This document shows positions 1 to 12,463 of a stretch of DNA of 64,000 nt, piece after piece. A model generated the notes under the pieces. That model made no database searches. It was given only the letters and a program-made list of their open reading frames with translations, and was not told the DNA's origin. Position 1 is the first letter of the stretch; every line of letters starts with the position of its first letter. This DNA comes from Nemertoderma westbladi (Eukaryota; Animalia; Xenacoelomorpha). The stretch lies in contig JAUCBJ010003414.1 in the NCBI GenBank assembly GCA_032718475.1, positions 1,667 through 65,666 on the forward strand. Reading direction: 5' to 3'. The position numbers and the translations under genes were made by a program.

Positions 1-79
1 TTTTGACCTGAGGGGGGGGGGGGGGGGGGTGTACCCCCCCCCCCCCCCATAACTTCACAACAGTTATTTATAGCATTAC

Positions 80-205
80 CTGAACAATTATATATACCAT
101 CTCCAGAATATCCCATGTTGCAGGTACAATTGTATCCTCCATCAGTATTTGTACAGAATGCATTCATGTGACAGTCGTCTGTGTTGTCTAAACATTCATT
201 TACAT
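80..205 (-). CDS. Calcium-binding EGF-like domain exon (126 bp, phase 1-1)
   Basis: ag|...|gtaatg boundaries; translates (D)VNECLDNTDDCHMNAFCTNTDGGYNCTCNMGYSGDGIYNCS, with six Cys and the EGF_CA D-x-N-E-C and N-T-x-G-x-Y motifs. Confidence 0.92.
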
Positions 206-546
206 CTAGAATGTAGAACAGTCGAAATACTCATGAAATAAATTAATTACACTAAAATTTAACCTCTACGTTTATTTGGGATGCTGATTCTCTGAGAATA
301 CATTTTAAATTCCCTTGAACACTATGGATGAACGATAGGATTTGAATTATGTCATGAATTTCACAGATGGGACTATTTATTATAAAGTTCTTAACATGGG
401 TAATTTTGACAATGTTAAAAAAAATCATGTAACTACTAACTATTATACATAAATATGTCCAGATGGCAGGATATTGCCTAGTCTTTCAAAATGATCAGTC
501 ATTTAATTCGATGTCAATGTATTATTATGAAAAGATGTAGCATTAC

Positions 547-672
547 CTGAACAGTTATATATACCATCTCCAGAATATCCCATGTTACAAGTACAATTGT
601 ATCCTCCATCTGTATTTGTACAGAATGCATTGTTGTGACAGTCATCTGTGTTGTCTAAACATTCATTTATAT
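547..672 (-). CDS. Calcium-binding EGF-like domain exon
   Basis: 126 bp, AG/GT boundaries, near-identical to the exon at 80-205. Confidence 0.92.
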
Positions 673-916
673 CTAAAATGTAGAATAGTTAAAATATTAG
701 TCAAAATACTAGTCTTTCATTTTATTTTACTTTGTATTAGAAATTATATAAAATTTTCCAGCTGATCTGATCCAAATCTCACATGGGATGATATTATATC
801 ATATCGATATGATCCCTAATATTTGAAGACCATGGCAATGCAAGGTGAAACATATAAGCAGTTCCAGTAAATGAATATAGCTATTGAGCATGATTCCGAA
901 GTTGTGTAGATTAATA

Positions 917-1162
917 AGTAGAAGGCGGGGTAGCTCAGTTGGTTGAGCGCCGGGCCTGCAATCTATTGGTTGTAGGTTCAGCCCCGCCAGGGTCCACTCA
1001 GCCTTTCATCCACTGGGGTCGATGAAATGAGTACCAGTTAAATAACTGGGAGCAAATCTTGGGATATGAGTAGCGCCCAGCCCTACCCTCAGGTAGCAGC
1101 TATCGAAAGAGGAGCCTTCGAGTCGCCTCCGGCTTCAGCCAACTGTTTGCTTTTTTTGCTTT
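917..1162 (+). mobile_element. tRNA-derived SINE
   Basis: Head GGCGGGGTAGCTCAGTTGGTTGAGCG (A box) and GGTTCAGCCCC (B-box-like); core ACTCAGCCTTTCATCC...GGGGTCGATGAAATGAGTACCAG; T-rich tail; 12-bp TSD TGTAGATTAATA (905-916/1163-1174); absent from the duplicate block. Confidence 0.88.
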
Positions 1163-1424
1163 TGTAGATTAATAGGCCCATCTTTGTTAGACATACATGA
1201 GTAGAACAGCAACGGCATACCCCACTAGTAGTGGTAACTACAAAATGCAAGATGCAAGTACTTATCATTATTTATTAATTCCACAGTACCTCCTCTGTTT
1301 TTGAGCTTGTGATTGATGTCCATTTAATGTCGGTTTTAGGTACAGTTATAGATATCACGGACTGTGTTGGTATCCTTCGCTGGGTACAACTACTATCATG
1401 TCAAATGAGCTAGGACAATGGAAA

Positions 1425-1797
1425 TGATTGAGTATCCCCTTCGAGTTGGTCTATATATCTCATAGCCGGTTGCCATGGCACAATGCATACCTTATGTTCT
1501 CCCCCGAAATGAAGATCTGGTATGATTTCGCCTTTACTTCTCCAGCAGTACCTCCTGAATCATACACACATGTGGAGTGATGGTGATGATCCAGGCGTGC
1601 CCAAAGGTGTTGTCCCATCCAGTGGAGCCAGAAACACAGCATATGCAGCATATTGAGTAGTTGCTACAGGATTATTGTACCACAAAGCTCGATGTTTTTG
1701 TTCAGTGTTGTCTACAGCTGGTAATTAAGTGTGGCCCTTAGTAGAGTGGTGTAACAACCATGCATTTGTTGCTCAAGTATTATTTTCAGTGTCCTGG
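1425..1797 (-). pseudogene. Highly decayed RTE-type LINE C-terminal fragment
   Basis: Remnant peptides QMHGCYTTLLRATLN and YIDQLEGDT resemble the RTE ORF2 C-terminus; stops and frameshifts present. Confidence 0.5.
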
Positions 1798-1991
1798 TAT
1801 AACCACTATATAAAATTACACTTTTCACTTATATTTGATTAATATAATATTCAAATAATATTACAAATTATATCAGTTTTACAGCTGATCAGGTCCCTAT
1901 CTCCAATTGGAAATCATATAATATATCTCGAAGAGTGGTAGTTCTGTAGTTCACTATGGTGTAGGAGGATTATAACAAATAAATGCATTAC

Positions 1992-2117
1992 CTGAACAAT
2001 TAGATATACCATCTCCAGAATATCCCATGTTGCAGGTACAATTGTATCCTCCATCAGTATTTGTACAGAATGCATTCATGTGACAGTCATCTGTGTTGTC
2101 TAAACATTCATTTATAT
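1992..2117 (-). CDS. Calcium-binding EGF-like domain exon
   Basis: 126 bp, AG/GT boundaries, duplicate of 80-205. Confidence 0.92.
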
Positions 2118-2444
2118 CTAGAATGTAGAACAGTCGAAATACTCATGAAATAAATTAATTACACTAACATTTAACCTCTACGTTTATTTGTGATGCTAAT
2201 TCTCTGAGAATACATTTTAAATTCCCTTGAAAACAATGAATGAATGATAGGATTTGAATTAGGTCATGAATTTCACAGATGGACTATTTATTATAAAGTT
2301 CTTAACATGTGTAATTTTGACAAAGTTAAGAAAAAGTCATGTAACTATTATAAATATGTCCAGATGGCAGGATATTGCCTAGTCTTTCAAAATGATCAGT
2401 CATTTAATTCGATGTCAACGTATTATGAATAGATATAGCATTAC

Positions 2445-2570
2445 CTGAACAGTTATATATACCATCTCCAGAATATCCCATGTTACAAGTACAATTGTAT
2501 CCTCCATCTGTATTTGTACAGAATGCATTGTTGTGACAGTCATCTGTGTTGTCTAAACATTCATTTATAT
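2445..2570 (-). CDS. Calcium-binding EGF-like domain exon
   Basis: 126 bp, AG/GT boundaries, duplicate of 547-672. Confidence 0.92.
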
Positions 2571-3069
2571 CTAAAATGTAGAATAGTTAAAATATTAGTC
2601 AAAATACTAGTCTTTCATTTTATTTTAATTTGTATTAGAAATTATATCAAATTTTCCAACTGATCTGATCCAAATCTCACACATGGGATGACATGATATA
2701 TTATATCGATATGATCCCTAATAATTGAATACCATGGCAATGCAAGGTGAAACATATAAACAGTTCCAGTAAATGAATATAGCTATTGAGCATGATTCCG
2801 AAGTTGAATAGAGTAATAAATAGGTCCATCTTTGTTATAAATACATGAGTAGAATTACAATGGCATACCCCACTAGTAGTGGTAACTACACAATGCAAGA
2901 TGCAAGTACTTAACATTATTTATTAATTCCACAGTGCCTCCTCTGTTTATGAGCTTGTGATTGATATCCATATAATGTAGATTTTAGGTACAGTCATAGC
3001 TATCACTGACTGTATTGGTATCCTTCCTGGGGTACAACTACTACCATGTCGAATGAGCTAGGACAGTGT

Positions 3070-3472
3070 ATAGCCAGATATTCCCATTGGTGATATCTCC
3101 TTTGCAGAAGTGAAGGCTGCTGCAAAGAGCATTAAGACCAATCATGCCAGTGGAGTAGATGGTGTTCCCCCTGAGGTCTTTAAAATACCTGAGTGTTTAA
3201 AGCTCATCTATCCCATCATAGTAGACATGTACCGAACAACAAGAGTCCCACAAGAAATGAAAACAAATAAGTTGGTGCCAGTTCCCAAGAAGGGCAACCT
3301 AACACTCTATGGTTCTTTTCGGGGAATCTCATTGATCTCGATTGCTGCAAAGCTATACAATAGAATTCTATTAAATCGCATCAGGGATCCCATTGAGAGA
3401 CTGCACCGTGGAAATCAGAATGGGTTCCGTAAAGTTCATGGGACCATGGAGCCCATTTTGGAACTTAGAAGG
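3070..3472 (+). mobile_element. RTE-type LINE reverse transcriptase N-terminal fragment
   Basis: ASGVDGVPPE, VPVPKKGNL..FRGISLISIAAKLYNRILLNRI and NQNGFRK motifs; ends abruptly at the LTR-A remnant. Confidence 0.88.
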
Positions 3473-3526
3473 AGAAAGTTTTTACGTTAAACTACAAATG
3501 CTATCTAATAGTGAAATAATCCATCA
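3473..3526 (-). repeat. Truncated 3' LTR of A1 (first 54 bp only)
   Basis: Matches the first bases of the 5' LTR and directly follows the PPT. Confidence 0.9.
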
Positions 3527-4165
3527 CCGCTCCATGAAAACAGTAAGTAAGACTGTTTTCACCAATCGAAATATAAACTATTTACAAAATACTTCTAAAT
3601 CTACTGGTGGGGCCTAAAATATAAAATAATCACTACCTAATTATTGCATACTTAATATTGCAGGTACAGCGTAAATACAATCTATCATACATACAAAATA
3701 CAAATTTACCAATTAACTTTAGTGCATAAAATACAAAAAAAGCTTTCGGTTAACAAGATAAGCAAATTAAACAAATCAGAACAAATCAAACAAATAATTT
3801 CAAGTTTTCAATAATCTTTATATATTGCAAATATACATAATAAATTTACCAAATTAAATCAGTCTTATAGAATAAACATAATACGCTAATATCTTTCAAA
3901 TAAGTCTTAAAGTGTCCTCCTGACGAGCTAAAGTTCGTCCTGCTGGTCTGGATATCTTCTCCTGAGCACTAATTGCTAACGGTAGGCTCTCAAGCCTTCC
4001 TTCTCCATCTCACTCCTCCAAAACCAACGTTCAATATAAATACCCAAATATAATATCCAAATATAAATATCCAATATAAATATCCAATATCAACATCCAA
4101 ATAAAATATCCGAATATAATATCCAATTGGTAGGCTCGCAAGCCTTCCTTCTCTATCTCGCTCTC

Positions 4166-5956
4166 CTATTCCTTGGCCGAATGGGCTCGTACACGCCCTC
4201 TATTACGATTGGGTGGTGGTCGGGATCGAACTGGACTCGGACTTCGGTGTCGAGCTGTCGGTGGTTCCAAAACGCTAGGAAAGGGGACGACGGGAGTTTT
4301 GCACATCCATCGTGCGCTCAGTCCTCTAAATCCTCGTCCGATTCCAATTGTTGGCTTAACATCGGATCGAGTCTCCACAACGCTGGGAGGAAGTCGAAAG
4401 GGTGGGACTGTTCCGTCCGCTGACACCTCGCTCTCTGATGTCGTCTGAATTCTAATGGGTTCCGGCAAAGCGTATCCTGTCCCTCAGCATTGTTCTCTAG
4501 CGAGGGAAACCGTGCCCCGAGTCATCCAGAGTTGCGACTTCGATGTTGTCCTCTCGGCGATATTTACTACCTTCTTTATCCCTTGTCCGGCCTTCTGGGC
4601 TCTAAGTATACGAAGTTGCGGATCATCCTGTGGGTGACGCGTCTTTTCGGCTAATGGCGTGGCCTTGAAGCCAGTCTCACGCAAAACGTCCGTCTCGTCT
4701 AAAATACACGAGGTTACGCGTTTGTGATAAAATGCGCTCCTGTATGCCCAAGCTATCGAATGCCAGGCTCCTCGATTCCGCTGTTCGACTCGCAATTTGT
4801 CGAATTCCCTGGCGGTAATCTTGTTCACCACAGTTTGTAAGTTCCAAGTGTTCTTGTTGTCGCGGTGTACCTGTAGAAAGTAGTCCCGCACAACCTTAAA
4901 TCCGCTATACAATGGCAATATATCCAGCACCTCCAAGAGTTCATCATATTGAGGCATAGCTGACACGTATCCTTCCTTCGACATTGTGAGAGGGTTTACG
5001 GCCCAAAATCCCAAGTGTGCTCTCATAGGGAAACGGCGTCGCTGTGTCGATACATGCTCATCTGCTAGATTCTCCCAATGGTCGAATAGCTGTCGAATGA
5101 TTTTAACTGACATGTGCTCATAGGGGATGTCCCTAAGTTGACATTCGGATGCCCTATGACCTTTAATATTACAATATGTGCACTGCGCCACGAAATGCCA
5201 GCAAGTGTAGAAAATGTGCGAACGATGATCCCCGCACCAGTTACATACTAAGTCCGGTAGATATATGTGTTTCGCTCCGCATTTCTTTGTGTGGTGGCCA
5301 GTTGCCCCGCATCTGCCACAAATAGTGTTGGCAGGGTACCAAACTCGCTCATACTCAGTTCGCGTCTTCCTCGGAAGGTTCTCTATCTCTATGAGTTGCC
5401 GCAACGGTTCATCTATTATCGCAAACTCGGTTGGATCCACATCGTCGTGATGGGGGGTAGGCTCGCGAGCCTTCCAGGATCCTTCTGGGCCTTTGAATTC
5501 TGCGTGGCGTTCCCCGTCGTAGGGTACTAACGTTAACATCGATGGTCTGTCGACTAGGGTTCCCGCGTGAGTGAGATAGATGTCCCTGAAAACGCTAAGT
5601 CCCGCTCGCGTGAAAACTTTGCAGTGCACATCGGTGTTGTAAAAGGGTTGGAGAAATGGGCGGAATACATCAGTATGCGTCCTTCCTCCGTCGTAAAAGG
5701 TATGTCCTTCACCGAGACATAACGGATGTCGCTTTAGAGTCCTAGACACTACATCGGCGATGAAACAAACATTTACCGAAGATTCTATCGCCAAATAGTA
5801 TTGCAAGATTATTCGTGGAGGTGAAGTAATCGCCCAGTACACGCAACCTCGCCACTTTAGCTGTGACTCGAACTCGTTTACGCCGGGGGTATCTCCCTCT
5901 CCGTATATGTCCGTGTATTTGCTCCTCTTACTCTCCTTATAATCCCAACTAAACAT
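4166..5956 (-). CDS. Family A accessory protein, C-terminal part: three tandem CCHC-type zinc knuckles and an R/S/P-rich basic tail (490-aa and 100-aa ORFs split by a lesion)
   Basis: CGRCGATGHHTKKC, CNWCGDHRSHIFYTC, CTYCNIKGHRASEC; the two ORFs are one reading frame in copy A2 (42335-43021). Confidence 0.8.
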
Positions 5957-6830
5957 TAGGTATGAGATATAACCCGTTCCATTTTTAGCGTGTTATACTC
6001 CCTAAAATATCCTCGCTCAATAGCCCAAAGCAACAATGGTCTAGTATCCACGTATGGCATAGGCAATCGATCCTCTTCCGTGGGCATTCCTGCGAAATCG
6101 CTAATAAGGTCATCCCGTACACTGGATCCGATCTTGACGATGCTCTTATCAAGCACAAACGTCTCGTACGGCCTTTGGCAACATTCTAGCTTCTATGCTA
6201 CAAGCCAGGTCCATGGATTTAACTATCCGTTTTATCATCGCGTGTCTTTGCGTCGTTCCTTCCGGCATAGGCATCTTTCTGTCGCTCCTCTGTCGGCTGA
6301 AGACATGTAACACGCCATCTGGTGCTCGAATCTGTATGGTCTTCGAAGTGAGGCTTTGCTGATGGCTTCCTCCTTCATTATTGTAAAACATAAAACCATT
6401 CTCCTTCAGATATTGGCTAGTCGCGTCCCAATCGTCGAGTAAATCGTCGGTAGGGTTCCAAATTCTCCCTATTGACTTTTCATCATCGAAACTAATAGGT
6501 TTACCAGTCCAATTGGTCGCAATATCGGTGTCGGTCTCAAACGTTCCGACTCCAATCCATAATCGAATCATTTTCGTTAGATATCCTCGCAAGATACAAG
6601 GTGCGATATCCGTCCCCGCGCGATCCACTTCCTTAAAGTCCGTAATATGTGGAGGCACATTGCGTACGATTTTCTGAACTATCGTTCTATGCAACTCGGC
6701 TGACTCTAACACATTACCAAAGGTAACCGATGGGGGGAAATCCAGGTTCGAAATGATCTCCGGGTGTTCAACTGTAGGAATCTCATAAGTTGTCTCCTCT
6801 CGGGTCGGTATACTAATAGAGCTCGGGTGT
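5956..6830 (-). CDS. Family A accessory region, middle part (187-aa and 66-aa ORFs, probably frameshifted pieces), function unknown
   Basis: Contiguous or overlapping ORFs on the element sense strand; no recognised domain. Confidence 0.55.
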
Positions 6831-6837
6831 CATCTCC

Positions 6838-7653
6838 TTAGGTTCGGTTTGATCTTGGGATATCCAGTAAAATGGTAGGCTCGCGAGCCTTCCGCTGAAC
6901 TCCTCGATCTCGCCTTTCTCGTACGCCTTTTACGCCCTGTAGGCTCAAAGCTTCCCGTTTCTCTTGCGTCGACTTATTAGACTCGTCCACTACCATATTG
7001 TAGACGTCTGGTTCGACTAATTTAGGTTCGTAAATAATGATCTCACCCGCGTTCGGTCCACTCATCTTGAACGAATGGTACGGATTCGTCAAAGGGTATC
7101 CGCCTTCTTGGTAATGCAGACTTTGGTGGTATGAGCATCGCGCTAATATCGGCTCGGGGTTTTCCGAGTTCAATCGCATAGGAATCGCGTTGTCTTGCTC
7201 GCGCATACATGCTCCACATTTGTAAAACAGTTTGTATATGGAGAACGCGTCCTTTGTCTCTGGATCCGCTCCTCGAGCGTGTCTATAAAGATGCATTCCA
7301 TCGAATTCGTCCCTAGCTGCAGGCAAGGGTTCGTTCACCGTCAAATATTGCAGTGTATGATATAATCGGCGTATCTCCGTGTCTGGATCCTCGCAAATGT
7401 CACTGGCATCGCATAACGCATACAACGCATTGAACTCCGCGCGTAATTCCTCCACTCTTTTGTTATAAGCGTCCAATCGCTGTTTTGTAACATTCGGGTC
7501 CGCCTTGGATTTAGCGAGCTTGGCTGTACTCCTAGCCATACTCTCCACTCCAAACATGCTAAAGTTTTTAGCTCCATAACGATTAAACGGCGCCTGGTGC
7601 TCCTGTTCCTGCGTAAATCCCTGACGTAACTCCTTATAAATCTTCTCCGCCAT
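6838..7653 (-). CDS. Family A accessory region, first ORF (271 aa; predicted coiled segment and a CxxC...CxxH cluster)
   Basis: ATG in ACAATGG context after a branch point/polypyrimidine/AG; CGAC...CSYH. Confidence 0.7.
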   Translation of the reverse strand: MAEKIYKELRQGFTQEQEHQAPFNRYGAKNFSMFGVESMARSTAKLAKSKADPNVTKQRLDAYNKRVEELRAEFNALYALCDASDICEDPDTEIRRLYHTLQYLTVNEPLPAARDEFDGMHLYRHARGADPETKDAFSIYKLFYKCGACMREQDNAIPMRLNSENPEPILARCSYHQSLHYQEGGYPLTNPYHSFKMSGPNAGEIIIYEPKLVEPDVYNMVVDESNKSTQEKREALSLQGVKGVRERRDRGVQRKAREPTILLDIPRSNRT

Positions 7654-8388
7654 TGTATACGCGTATATATGGTTACATATCGTTACGTTTCTACTAGATG
7701 AAGCGCAAAATAGAGGTTAGATGTGAGGTGACTTAGAGTTTGTCGGCTTTTGGCTCAACTTTGCTCTAAAACCCCAACCCATTTGCCTAATGACTTCGGG
7801 TTCGCGTGATTTCGCACTGGCTCCTAATCCAACAAATTGTGCCGATAAAAAACGAATTCTGGGTAAACTAGCCGCGAGTCTAAAATACTCACCTTTTAAT
7901 TTCCCAAACTACATTCCCAAATAAATAATGCAGTCGAGAATTAATTCAGTCTAAATAATAGTAGACACGACTACATAGAACAAGGCCGGTTTTCTTTTCC
8001 AAAAAAATTTGTCGGTAGGCTCGCAAGCCTTCCATCCGCTCTTGTCCTCCCCAATTTTAATTTTTATCTAGCTGTATTCTAGAATTCGCATTCACTGGAG
8101 AATCATTTTTCTTAAATTTAAATCCAACTGAATGGATTTGTCTAATAATTTTGAAAATTGTCTCACTTGTGGGTTCCAAGTGGAATTCCATTCCTACTGT
8201 ACACACAATCCCGCTCCTATGTGATACATAAGGGTACTACCCTCCATGTTCACATATAAAGACAATGGAATTCCACCGCTGTCTCTATCTACAGTGAAGA
8301 GGATTACAAATGCACATACAGTAATACAAAATACTAAATTACTAAAATACGGTAAGGCTATGTGGCAGCCATCAAGGGTCCCACATCT

Positions 8389-9308
8389 CTATTTACTAAT
8401 GTTGGGTGGAGATTTGTAGTCTCCTGTCTCGTTTCTAGTCTCCTCAAGGAGTACGAGACGTTGTACAGGCCTATCTACAGTATGTCCGTCGATAGTCCTT
8501 ACAGTAACTGTCCTTACTACACCAGATGTAGGGTGCGTGGTCAAAATGACTCCAGTCAGCCAAAACCGTCGTTTCAGATTGGCTTCAGCCAATAAAACAA
8601 AGTCACCGCGTCTTAGACATCGGGTATTAAGATACCAAGAGGTTCTGGTTGAAATAGAGGGCAAATAATACTTCTGCCATATTTCCCAGAATTTGTTTGC
8701 AAGTAGCTGAGTGATTTTCCAAGCCTTGTTGCCGTATCCGTCGCTATTAATGGGTACCGAAGTGGGCAACAATGTCATCGGCGCCTGCATAAGCAGGTGC
8801 GCTGGTGTCAAAGCAAACTGTGCGTCGTTATTGTCTGGGATCAAAGCGATCGGCGTGTGTTCAAAATCGCTTCGAATTCTATTAACAACGTCGTCAGTTG
8901 GTCGTCTGTCAAAATGTGTTGCGTCGGTATTACTTTAGCCATAGCTGTTTTGATTGAGCCAATCAGCCTTTCCCAAACGCCGCCTCTCCACGGACTGTCT
9001 GGAGTGTTGAAGTTCCAAACAATACGGTAAGGACATAGTTCCTCGGAAATCTGGTCTTGGTCCAACTTTCTTAAAGCTCTGGTTATCTCATTCCATGCAC
9101 CCACAAAGTTTGTCCCTTGGTCACAATAAATGGATTTGACCAATCCACGTCTAGCGATAAATCGCCGTAAGGCTAGGATAAAGGCATTGGTGGTCAAGTC
9201 TGTCACACGCTTTATATGGACAGCTCTGCTGGCCATGCAAGTGAAGATTAATCCCCAACGTTTTACCTGTCCTGTACCCTTCCGCGTTTCGCGATAATGA
9301 GTCCAAAT
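8389..9308 (-). pseudogene. BEL/Pao integrase core and C-terminal domain of A1 (frameshifted)
   Basis: CDQGTNFVGA, PWRGGVWERLI, LTPAHLL, FWEIWQKYYL, GVVRTVTVRT and RPVQRLVLLE motifs. Confidence 0.95.
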
Positions 9309-11480
9309 CCGTCATCTCGGTGAACTGTTTGGCGCTGATCGTTTCTGCTGGTTGCAACGTGGGTTTCCGAAAGGGTGTTTCTCGTGGAGGATTGTCAATG
9401 TATTGGTTCGTCGATCTTTCCTCCCGTTTGTAATCAGCTGCTGCTGTCGCTCCAGTACGGAATATTTCCCTTTCCGTCGAGTCCGAGTTGCTAGATGAGC
9501 TATTTAGCTATGGTTGGCGGGTTCACGTCCGGCGTATTACCTTTTGTTGGGCTCGTTGTGGTCTGGAATCTACGGTTCTCCGTCGTTCGGTAGGCTCGCA
9601 AGCCTTCCACGAAGTCGTAGGTCTCATTAAACATTGTTCGATCCTGTGGGTACTACCTACATCCGTCCTCCTCCGTTGTTCGGTAGGCTCGCAAGCCTTC
9701 CACGAAGTCGTAGGTCACGTCGAACATTGTGTCAAAGGTCTAATAAAGCAGTCGGGTTTCGTAGTCGGTCTATAAATAACTGGGTTCGTACAGCACGTCA
9801 CAGGTTTAACTGCTAACGGCTTACTTAACTGTTTAATTGTCATAAACGCAGGTTCCTCTCTTCCTACAAGTAGACTACGACTTACTGTAGGTGGACTAGT
9901 TACATTACCTGCCAAAATTGGCGATGAAGTTGCCCTAGGTTGCGGTATTTCCATCACAACAAACCTGTTACCTTGAGTCGAGCGCACAGGTGTTATTTCC
10001 TTAGGTTTCGTAACAAAGACCAGGTTTATCAGAGTCGTGGGTTTGAGCATAGGAATCCCTTGTAGAAAACGTTTGCAGTAATCCTCGATGAACTCCTCTC
10101 CTCGATCTATCGCTCCCACACTTCCTTCCTCAATTCGCTTCTGTATCCCGCGATATCGAGCTTCCAAGCGATCCAGGGCAGACAAGTTGTGTCCAGCTCA
10201 CGATCTTATAGATCTATCTCTCGCGTCGAGTTCGAGGTCCGCTTGCGCGTTCGCTGCCTCGCGTGATCTACGATTTAGTTCGAACTGTAGTTGCATCTCC
10301 TTTTCGTGTCGATCTGCTACTTGTTGTTGTGCCGCTAACTCCGCTTCTTGTATAGCTAGTCGAGCGTTAATTTGTCTCACTTCCAACTTGGCGCGTGCGT
10401 CAGATGCCACTTTCTTCCGAGCTAACTCCGCTGCGTTTACTGTCGCAACTCGTCGGCTGCATGCAGCTTCTTGTGCCAAATCTTCCTACAGTCTTCTTAG
10501 TTCCAAGGCTTCGAATTCTGCTTGCGCTTTGAGTTGCGCAATCCTTGCCTCGTCTTCTCTTTGTTGTTTTTCTCCCTCGATGGCGATCTGTGCCATCTGC
10601 CGTTGCGCTTCTCCCTTGATGACTTGTTGTCGGCGTGCAACTTCCTGTTGTTGTCGAGTAATTACAGACGCTGTTCTACTAACGTCGCCAACGTCGCTCC
10701 GCATGCTAACAAATGATCTATCCAGTGGTGGATTTTGGTAGGCTCGCGAGCCTTCTGTAGCAAGAACTTCCGTCGTCCCTCGTGGTTCGACTTCCGGTTC
10801 TTCGATCGGTACGCCGTTTCTATGAAGAAAATTGGTGAGCGTCTCTAACCTCCCGTCCAGGCAGTATAGTTCTTCTTCCTCTTCGGGTTGTAACAACGCG
10901 TCCGAAACTGACTCACCTAGCAGTTGGTCGAACTCCTCCTGTTGAGCCAATCTTATTACTGACTTAAACTGGATAAGGCTTTCCCTCGCACTTACCAACT
11001 TATCTATTATCTTTACCTGAGTAAAGTTGTCGACACGCAACTCTGCAAGTTCGTGTAAACCTTTAAGTTTATCTACGGAGGCATATACCCTACTTTCTAT
11101 CCTTACCTGTAAGGTGTAGAACTCGTATCTCGACATCAGGGCGGTTAACTCGCGTAAAACGCGAAAACCTTCTCTGAGGTTTAGAGTAATCTGGGCCACG
11201 TGTCCTCCTATACTTCAATGACATTTTCTTGGCTTCCCGCCAAGCTTACCATGTCTGGTTCCCGTGACCTGGTCTGCGGGACTGTAGGGAAATCCTCGAT
11301 CCTGCCGTCGCCACGCATTGCGGCTTCCGGTATTTCTCTTCGGGGTACCGGCGACGCACGCGGTGTGACATCGGTGGAATCTCGGGTTCTCCTTCTCGGT
11401 TTGTCTACTGTCGATCTGTCCGGTTCGCACGAGTCATAGTCTGTAGGTGGGTATCGAGTCGAGTATGGTGTGTCACTCAT
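9309..11480 (-). pseudogene. gag N-terminal region of A1 (stops and frameshifts)
   Basis: Starts MSDTPYSTRYPP; Q/E/R-rich coiled coil; homologous to 35110-36920, which leads into BEL gag-pol. Confidence 0.85.
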
Positions 11481-12463
11481 GTCTTATTATATACGTCAAG
11501 TACGGGTAATAAAATATCAAAGTATCGGAATGTCGAAATGTCAAACTTACCTTGGTATATATATAGCATATATATACCCTAACCGGTACAAATAAATCAA
11601 CAAAGTCAGAATGTCGAAATGTCAAAATGTCGAAATGTCCAAATGTCAAACTTACCTTGATATATATATATATATATCATATATATACCCTAACCGGTAC
11701 AAATAAAACTAACAAAGTATATAATAAAATATGTAATAATCTAGCCTACCGGCTAAATTTGTATGAATAAGTGAGATAACGGTATACGTTACCAAAATGT
11801 AGATCAACAAGTACAAATAATAGGCAAAACAGCAACGTCTAACGGGAAATAAGTACCAACAACACTACTAATTAGACAGTGAAACCCACAAATTTTGAGT
11901 ACTACTGTGCTTTTAAGTTTGAACGACACGAGTCGTAAAACTTACGCTCCTTTGATCTTCCAGTCATGCAAATTCCTAAATACAAACCGGACGTGGGTCG
12001 TTCCGTTTTTCGGCGTCGCGGACAAATTTTGTGTCTCCCAAACTTGCGAAAAGCGGTCTAATCCTCGAAGCAGTCCAGAAATGAGTCCTTGAGTCCTGAA
12101 AAGTCGAAGGTCAGAGTTTTACTTCTACTCTACGAAAAATCTTCCTAGGTACCGATACAACTTGGTCTTTAAACCCTATTTACCTTTTTAAGTACTGAAA
12201 AGTAACACCGCACACACACGGCGTAAAACAAATTGCTACTAACTAACTATTAGCTAGTCAAATATTAAATACGAAACTACTAGCTACCCTAAAGCCTACT
12301 GAAGCAGGGGACGTTCTACAAATTACTAATTTTACTAATTTTAAATTGTAAGTATCTCCTACTTTTATAATAGCTAACAATATATTTATATCTCACTTTA
12401 GGTAAGATATATCTACCATTTGCAAATTACAATTTGCAAATTAAACAATAAATATACCTCACT

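Larger units (their letters stand above)
74..3065. repeat. Tandem duplication of a two-EGF-exon unit (about 74-1418 versus about 1985-3065)
   Basis: Exons and intron sequence align between the blocks; only the first block carries the SINE. Confidence 0.85.

Noticed and set aside
12-48. Poly-G/poly-C tracts (here and at several other sites) as G-quadruplex or hairpin elements
   Set aside because: They are frequent across the window and vary in length between repeat copies; homopolymer instability or sequencing error is enough to explain them.
1469-1481. RFX-like GTTGCCATGGCAC motif
   Set aside because: It is imperfect and lies inside a decayed LINE with no promoter context.
4166-7653. env gene in the usual third-ORF position
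   Set aside because: No signal peptide or transmembrane anchor is visible; zinc knuckles and a basic tail point to nucleic-acid binding.
10088-10741. Antisense ORFs over gag (also 35763, 22579-23054, 31198-31491)
   Set aside because: They are shadow frames of low-complexity or repetitive coding sequence.
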